DNA of 43,467 nt from Candidatus Komeilibacteria bacterium. Lineage in GTDB: Bacteria; Patescibacteriota; Patescibacteriia; UBA1558; GWA2-36-10. A program made the position numbers and the translations under genes. Location of the stretch: the NCBI GenBank assembly GCA_018656655.1, contig JABHYW010000035.1, forward strand, positions 1 through 43,467. The letters are read 5' to 3'. A model generated the notes under the pieces. The model searched no databases. It saw nothing but the letters and a program-made list of their open reading frames with translations, and was not told the origin of the DNA. This document shows positions 43,112-43,467 of this stretch, piece after piece (positions within the stretch are counted from its first letter, which is position 1; each line of letters begins with the position of its first letter).

Positions 43112-43467
43112 ATGAAGCACTCAAGTAGCACTTCGTATGCAACTCCTTGGTTTGTCTGGCTAGTCTTTCTGATTGCTTCTCCTATAGTCATAATTTGGGG
43201 CCTACATGTGGAAGAGCATACAATTACTCTGCATTGGCGTTTTGATTATGATACTCGAATGAAAATTGCACAGGCAATTCAGCTAATCGGGTTCTTGCTA
43301 CCCTCTGTGGGCATTGTGGTTGCTCTTATTTTGCGACGCAAGGCTAAAAAGAAGGTAAGTTCTTTAGGTCTTGAATCTGCGAATCAAGTAGCTGGAGCAT
43401 GGGAAGCTAATCGTGAATTGGATGATCTCAGGAAAATGCAACTCTCATTTACCATTCCTCATGGGAT
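43112..43467 (+). CDS. Hypothetical membrane protein, 5' part (runs off the window)
   Basis: ATG 43112 is preceded by AGGAGG at 43100-43105. The frame is open to the window end and reads MKHSSSTSYATPWFVWLVFLIASPIVIIWG.., with two hydrophobic segments. Confidence 0.5.
   Translation, partial: MKHSSSTSYATPWFVWLVFLIASPIVIIWGLHVEEHTITLHWRFDYDTRMKIAQAIQLIGFLLPSVGIVVALILRRKAKKKVSSLGLESANQVAGAWEANRELDDLRKMQLSFTIPHG

Noticed and set aside
11290-43120. Antisense or shadow ORFs inside confidently identified genes: 11290..11559, 15084..15284, 18333..18599, 28982..29239, 29290..29583, 33789..34007, 33890..34078, 38194..38436, 38533..38745, 39179..39466, 39688..39933, 40240..40548, 41936..42118, 42070..42279, 42878..43120.
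   Set aside because: Each lies wholly or mostly within, and opposite to, a gene with clear family motifs. Their sequences are low-complexity, as is typical of shadow frames in AT-rich DNA.
1-43467. An alternative genetic code (TGA read as Gly or Trp, as in some candidate phyla and mollicutes).
   Set aside because: Well-conserved genes end at TGA at the expected length (for example alr at 13526-13528). No conserved gene appears split by in-frame TGA.

Overview
This is an AT-rich, tightly packed bacterial segment. G+C looks close to 30% by eye. It uses the standard genetic code, since TGA serves as a stop (for example at the end of alr). The small housekeeping genes, many glycosyltransferases, a short AlaRS and few Shine-Dalgarno sites fit a reduced-genome lineage such as Patescibacteria/CPR, but that is inference only.

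Layout:
- 1-8.3 kb: the rplM tail, rpsI, then a seven-gene surface-glycan cluster (Wzx-like flippase, two GT4, three GT2, a Wzy/O-antigen-ligase-like protein).
- 8.4-14.4 kb: lysS, rdgB, a cyclophilin, serS, alr and an FtsQ-like gene.
- 14.4-16.9 kb: a self-contained operon of tyrosine recombinase, small nuclease-like ORF and tyrosine recombinase, with a dif-like palindrome in its leader.
- 17.2-17.7 kb: a gene-free gap holding two convergent small transcription units, each bounded by a promoter and a terminator.
- 17.7-36 kb: housekeeping genes (M23 peptidase, gltX, tagA-like, ligT-like, def, fmt, a processive GT2, pyrD, a Nudix hydrolase, secA, hpf, alaS, greA). A roughly 270-nt structured RNA candidate lies at 35.1-35.4 kb.
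- 36-42.3 kb: an accessory region. Its main feature is a minus-strand run of unrelated genes (HAD hydrolase, S66 LD-carboxypeptidase, small membrane protein plus NYN nuclease, S51 peptidase, a fabD remnant). Each transcription unit is followed by the same roughly 74-nt, comparatively GC-rich repeat and then an intrinsic terminator. This looks cassette-like, but I could not fit the repeat to integron attC, CRISPR, REP or a known ribozyme.
- From about 42.3-42.5 kb to the end: visibly GC-richer DNA with different codon usage abuts the truncated fabD, so it is probably horizontally acquired.

I recognised no rRNA gene, complete tRNA gene or CRISPR array.
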